NCBI GenBank assembly: GCA_016206945.1
Contig: JACQQP010000172.1
Span: forward strand, 1-46,422
Origin: Candidatus Omnitrophota bacterium
Lineage (GTDB): Bacteria; Omnitrophota; Omnitrophia; Omnitrophales; Danuiimicrobiaceae
Direction: 5' to 3'
DNA length: 46,422 bases
The position numbers and the translations under genes are program-made. This document shows positions 43,823-46,422 of the stretch, piece after piece. How positions within the stretch are numbered: the first letter of the stretch is position 1; every line of letters begins with the position of its first letter. Below the pieces are notes generated by a model that made no database searches, was not told the origin of the DNA, and saw only the letters and a program-made list of their open reading frames with translations.

Positions 43823-43828
43823 TTATCT

Positions 43829-46422
43829 ATGGAAAGTCAAATTGTTATTCGCGGCGCTCGCGAACACAATCTCAAAAACATCAATCTTGAAATCCCGAGG
43901 AACCGATTAATCGTCGTCACGGGCCTTTCTGGTTCAGGGAAAAGTTCGCTTGCTTTCGATACACTCTATGCCGAAGGCCAGAGGCGTTATTTGGAAAGCC
44001 TCTCTTCCTACGCCCGTCAATTTCTGGAACGTCTTAAGAAACCTGACGTCGATTACATTTCAGGACTTTCCCCAAGCATTGCCATCGAGCAGCGCTCTAT
44101 TCCGCATAATCCTCGATCCACTGTAGCGACGGTAACTGAAATTTACGATTACTTAAGGCTTCTGTACGCGAAATTGGGGGAGGTATTTTGCAGCAAGTGC
44201 GGCGGCGCCGTTCAAAAACAAACGCTTAACCAAATCCTTGCACAAGTTCGGGCGATTCCAAATGGCGCACAGATCGGGATTTTCGCGCCACTCGTCCGCG
44301 GTCGGAAGGGCAAGTATCAAAAACTCTTTCGGGATATTCTGAAAAAAGGTTTTTCGCACGTCAGAGTGGATCGGAAAGTTCATGACCTTCATAAGCCCAT
44401 TAACATTTCTAAGTCGAAGCGCCATGACGTTGAGGTTTTAGTGGACACAGTCCAGGTTGCGCCGCAAAATTTAGACCGGATCAGGCGTTCTCTTGAAACC
44501 GCCTTGGAATTGGCCGACGGCACCTGTTTGATTAATGTGGTGGATGGAGAGGCACCTAGTCAAAAAAAGGAATTCTTTTTTTCCGAAAAAATGACCTGTC
44601 CGAAATGCGATATTAGTTTCAAGGATTTTGCTCCGAATATGTTTTCCTTCAATAGTCCTTACGGCGCTTGTGATCGATGCAAAGGGATCGGAAAACTTTC
44701 ACAGATCATAGCACATCAAGTGATTCGTCATCCCGAAAAACCGCTTCTCAAAGGCGCTATCAACGAAGAACTCTTTTTTTCTTTTAATCAATATGTGATC
44801 GAAGATCTCATTTATGAATTGAGGGAACATTTTGATTTTAGCTTTTCCACTCCGTACCGTGACCTTCCCGCTGAGGTCAAAGAGGCGCTCTTTTGGGGAA
44901 CGGATGAAATTACAGGACTTATTGAGGAATTAGAAGATCTTTTTTATTCTACTTCTTCTGAGGAAATCAAACGTAAGGTACGAAGATTTATTCGCGAGGA
45001 CGTGTGTCCGATGTGCCGCGGAATGCGCCTCAAATCGGAAGCGCTCGGAGTAAAAGTTAAAGGGAAGAACATTGTCGAAGTTTCGAGATGTTCCGTTGAA
45101 GAAGCTACGTCATTCTTTGATTCTCTTCGTTTCGAAGGAAGTGCAGAAAAGATATCGAGTCCTATTTTAAAGGAAATTCGTCAAAGGCTTCGCTTTCTTA
45201 ACAATGTTGGGTTAGGTTATCTGACGCTCGAGCGTTCCGTCACCAGTTTGGCAGGTGGAGAGCTTCAAAGGATTCGCCTTGCCGCGCAGATTGGCGTTGG
45301 TCTTGCAGGGGTCCTGTACGTTTTGGACGAGCCGAGCATTGGACTTCATCCGAAAGACAATCAAAAACTTTTGAATACGTTAATACAGCTTAGAGATATG
45401 AAAAATACCGTCATCGTCGTCGAGCACGATGAAGAGACGATGAGACGTGCTGATTATATTGTTGATTTAGGACCAGGCGCTGGTCAGGAAGGCGGCCAGA
45501 TCGTAGGACTAGGCGATGCCTCTCGGTTAAATGGATCCTCGCAGTCGCTGACAGGAAAATATCTTTCGGGGAAACTTTTCATTCAGTTACCGCACAAAAG
45601 GAACGATTACCGAAAGGCGAAAGCACTCCTCATAAAAGGGTGCCGTCAGCACAATCTCAAAGATATTGATGTTCAAATTCCGATGGGTTGCTTTGTCTGC
45701 GTAACTGGAGTGTCCGGATCGGGAAAAAGCACTCTGGTTCACGACATTTTGTTTAGGGCGCTTCACAATCGGCTCTGGAAGACCGACTACTCGGTAGGGA
45801 AATTCTCATCTATCTTAAATGTGGAGGAAATTGATAAAGTAATCGAGATTGATCAAGCGCCCATTGGCCGGACGCCGCGTTCCAATCCTGCGACCTATAC
45901 AGACCTTTTTACTTCCATTAGAAAGTTGTATGCGCAGACGAATGAAGCAAGGCTTAGAGATTTTAGTCCGTCTCGTTTCAGTTTTAATTTGAAGGGCGGC
46001 CGTTGTGAAATATGCCGAGGCGAAGGATATCAAAGGCTGGAGATGAGTTTTCTTCCAGATGTGTATATTTTGTGCGAGATCTGCCGCGGCGCGCGCTATA
46101 ACGAGCAGACATTGTTGGTGCGATATCGTGGTAAGAATATTGCCGAAGTATTGGAACTTTCTGTGAATGAAGCGCTCGATTTTTTTTCCTCAATCCCTTT
46201 AATTCGAGAACGGCTTCACATCCTGCATGAAATTGGACTTGGATATTTGAAACTGGGCCAGCCGTCCACAACGCTTTCTGGAGGGGAAGCGCAGCGCGTG
46301 AAATTAGCAAGTGAATTGGGCAAGAAAAGAACCGGGCGGACGCTTTATATTTTGGATGAGCCAACCACAGGCCTTCATTTTGCGGATATTGAGAATTTGT
46401 TGAAGGCCTTGTTCCGTTTACG
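43829..46422 (+). CDS. uvrA: Excinuclease ABC subunit A (3' end lies outside the window)
   Basis: It is not in the ORF track because it runs off the window edge. My hand translation from ATG 43829 stays open to the end of the window. It gives [54 protein letters not shown], CxxC zinc modules, [12 protein letters not shown], a second Walker [13 protein letters not shown] and [12 protein letters not shown]. Confidence 0.92.
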   Translation, partial: MESQIVIRGAREHNLKNINLEIPRNRLIVVTGLSGSGKSSLAFDTLYAEGQRRYLESLSSYARQFLERLKKPDVDYISGLSPSIAIEQRSIPHNPRSTVATVTEIYDYLRLLYAKLGEVFCSKCGGAVQKQTLNQILAQVRAIPNGAQIGIFAPLVRGRKGKYQKLFRDILKKGFSHVRVDRKVHDLHKPINISKSKRHDVEVLVDTVQVAPQNLDRIRRSLETALELADGTCLINVVDGEAPSQKKEFFFSEKMTCPKCDISFKDFAPNMFSFNSPYGACDRCKGIGKLSQIIAHQVIRHPEKPLLKGAINEELFFSFNQYVIEDLIYELREHFDFSFSTPYRDLPAEVKEALFWGTDEITGLIEELEDLFYSTSSEEIKRKVRRFIREDVCPMCRGMRLKSEALGVKVKGKNIVEVSRCSVEEATSFFDSLRFEGSAEKISSPILKEIRQRLRFLNNVGLGYLTLERSVTSLAGGELQRIRLAAQIGVGLAGVLYVLDEPSIGLHPKDNQKLLNTLIQLRDMKNTVIVVEHDEETMRRADYIVDLGPGAGQEGGQIVGLGDASRLNGSSQSLTGKYLSGKLFIQLPHKRNDYRKAKALLIKGCRQHNLKDIDVQIPMGCFVCVTGVSGSGKSTLVHDILFRALHNRLWKTDYSVGKFSSILNVEEIDKVIEIDQAPIGRTPRSNPATYTDLFTSIRKLYAQTNEARLRDFSPSRFSFNLKGGRCEICRGEGYQRLEMSFLPDVYILCEICRGARYNEQTLLVRYRGKNIAEVLELSVNEALDFFSSIPLIRERLHILHEIGLGYLKLGQPSTTLSGGEAQRVKLASELGKKRTGRTLYILDEPTTGLHFADIENLLKALFRL

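Overview
This 46.4-kb window comes from a diderm, LPS-making bacterium whose lineage I cannot place. It is almost entirely coding and mostly housekeeping. Positions 1-30784 form one co-directional plus-strand block, with many overlapping stop/start junctions (ATGA, GTGA, 8-nt overlaps). In order it carries a xerC/D-type recombinase 3' end, then lipid A and Kdo genes (waaA, lpxK, two LpxL-type acyltransferases, kdsB, pyrG, kdsA, kdsD). It also carries an LPS-core block with five consecutive GT9 (heptosyltransferase-family) domains, a DUF3108 lipoprotein, a deacetylase, a heptose-7-P kinase, lptC-like and lptB. After these come a transporter-less regulatory PTS set (ptsN, hprK, yvcK-like, ptsH, ptsI), a PGI/PMI, a sugar nucleotidyltransferase, metK and ahcY. 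A short minus-strand block holds lptF/G and comF. The plus strand then resumes with rpsU, hisS, aspS, phoH, ybeY, recO, three unknown ORFs, dapL-like, folK, panC, panD, nadX and a 3'-truncated uvrA. rpsU and uvrA are absent from the supplied ORF track. The main unexplained signal is a set of eight short intergenic cassettes (57-138 nt, at least three interior families). All begin with (A/T)TGAT-CCCATCACCT, which copies the 16S anti-SD tail. All end with the reverse-complementary AGGTGRTGGGATGA, an extended SD plus the start codon of the next gene. They sit on or within a few nt of stop/start junctions, and most carry an ATGA-to-ATGA mini-ORF. Other items are a GC-rich multi-hairpin palindromic element at 271-450, a three-gene unknown operon with a triplicated ~34-aa module, and several domain fusions in the LPS genes. 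All alignments were made by eye. No database search was possible.
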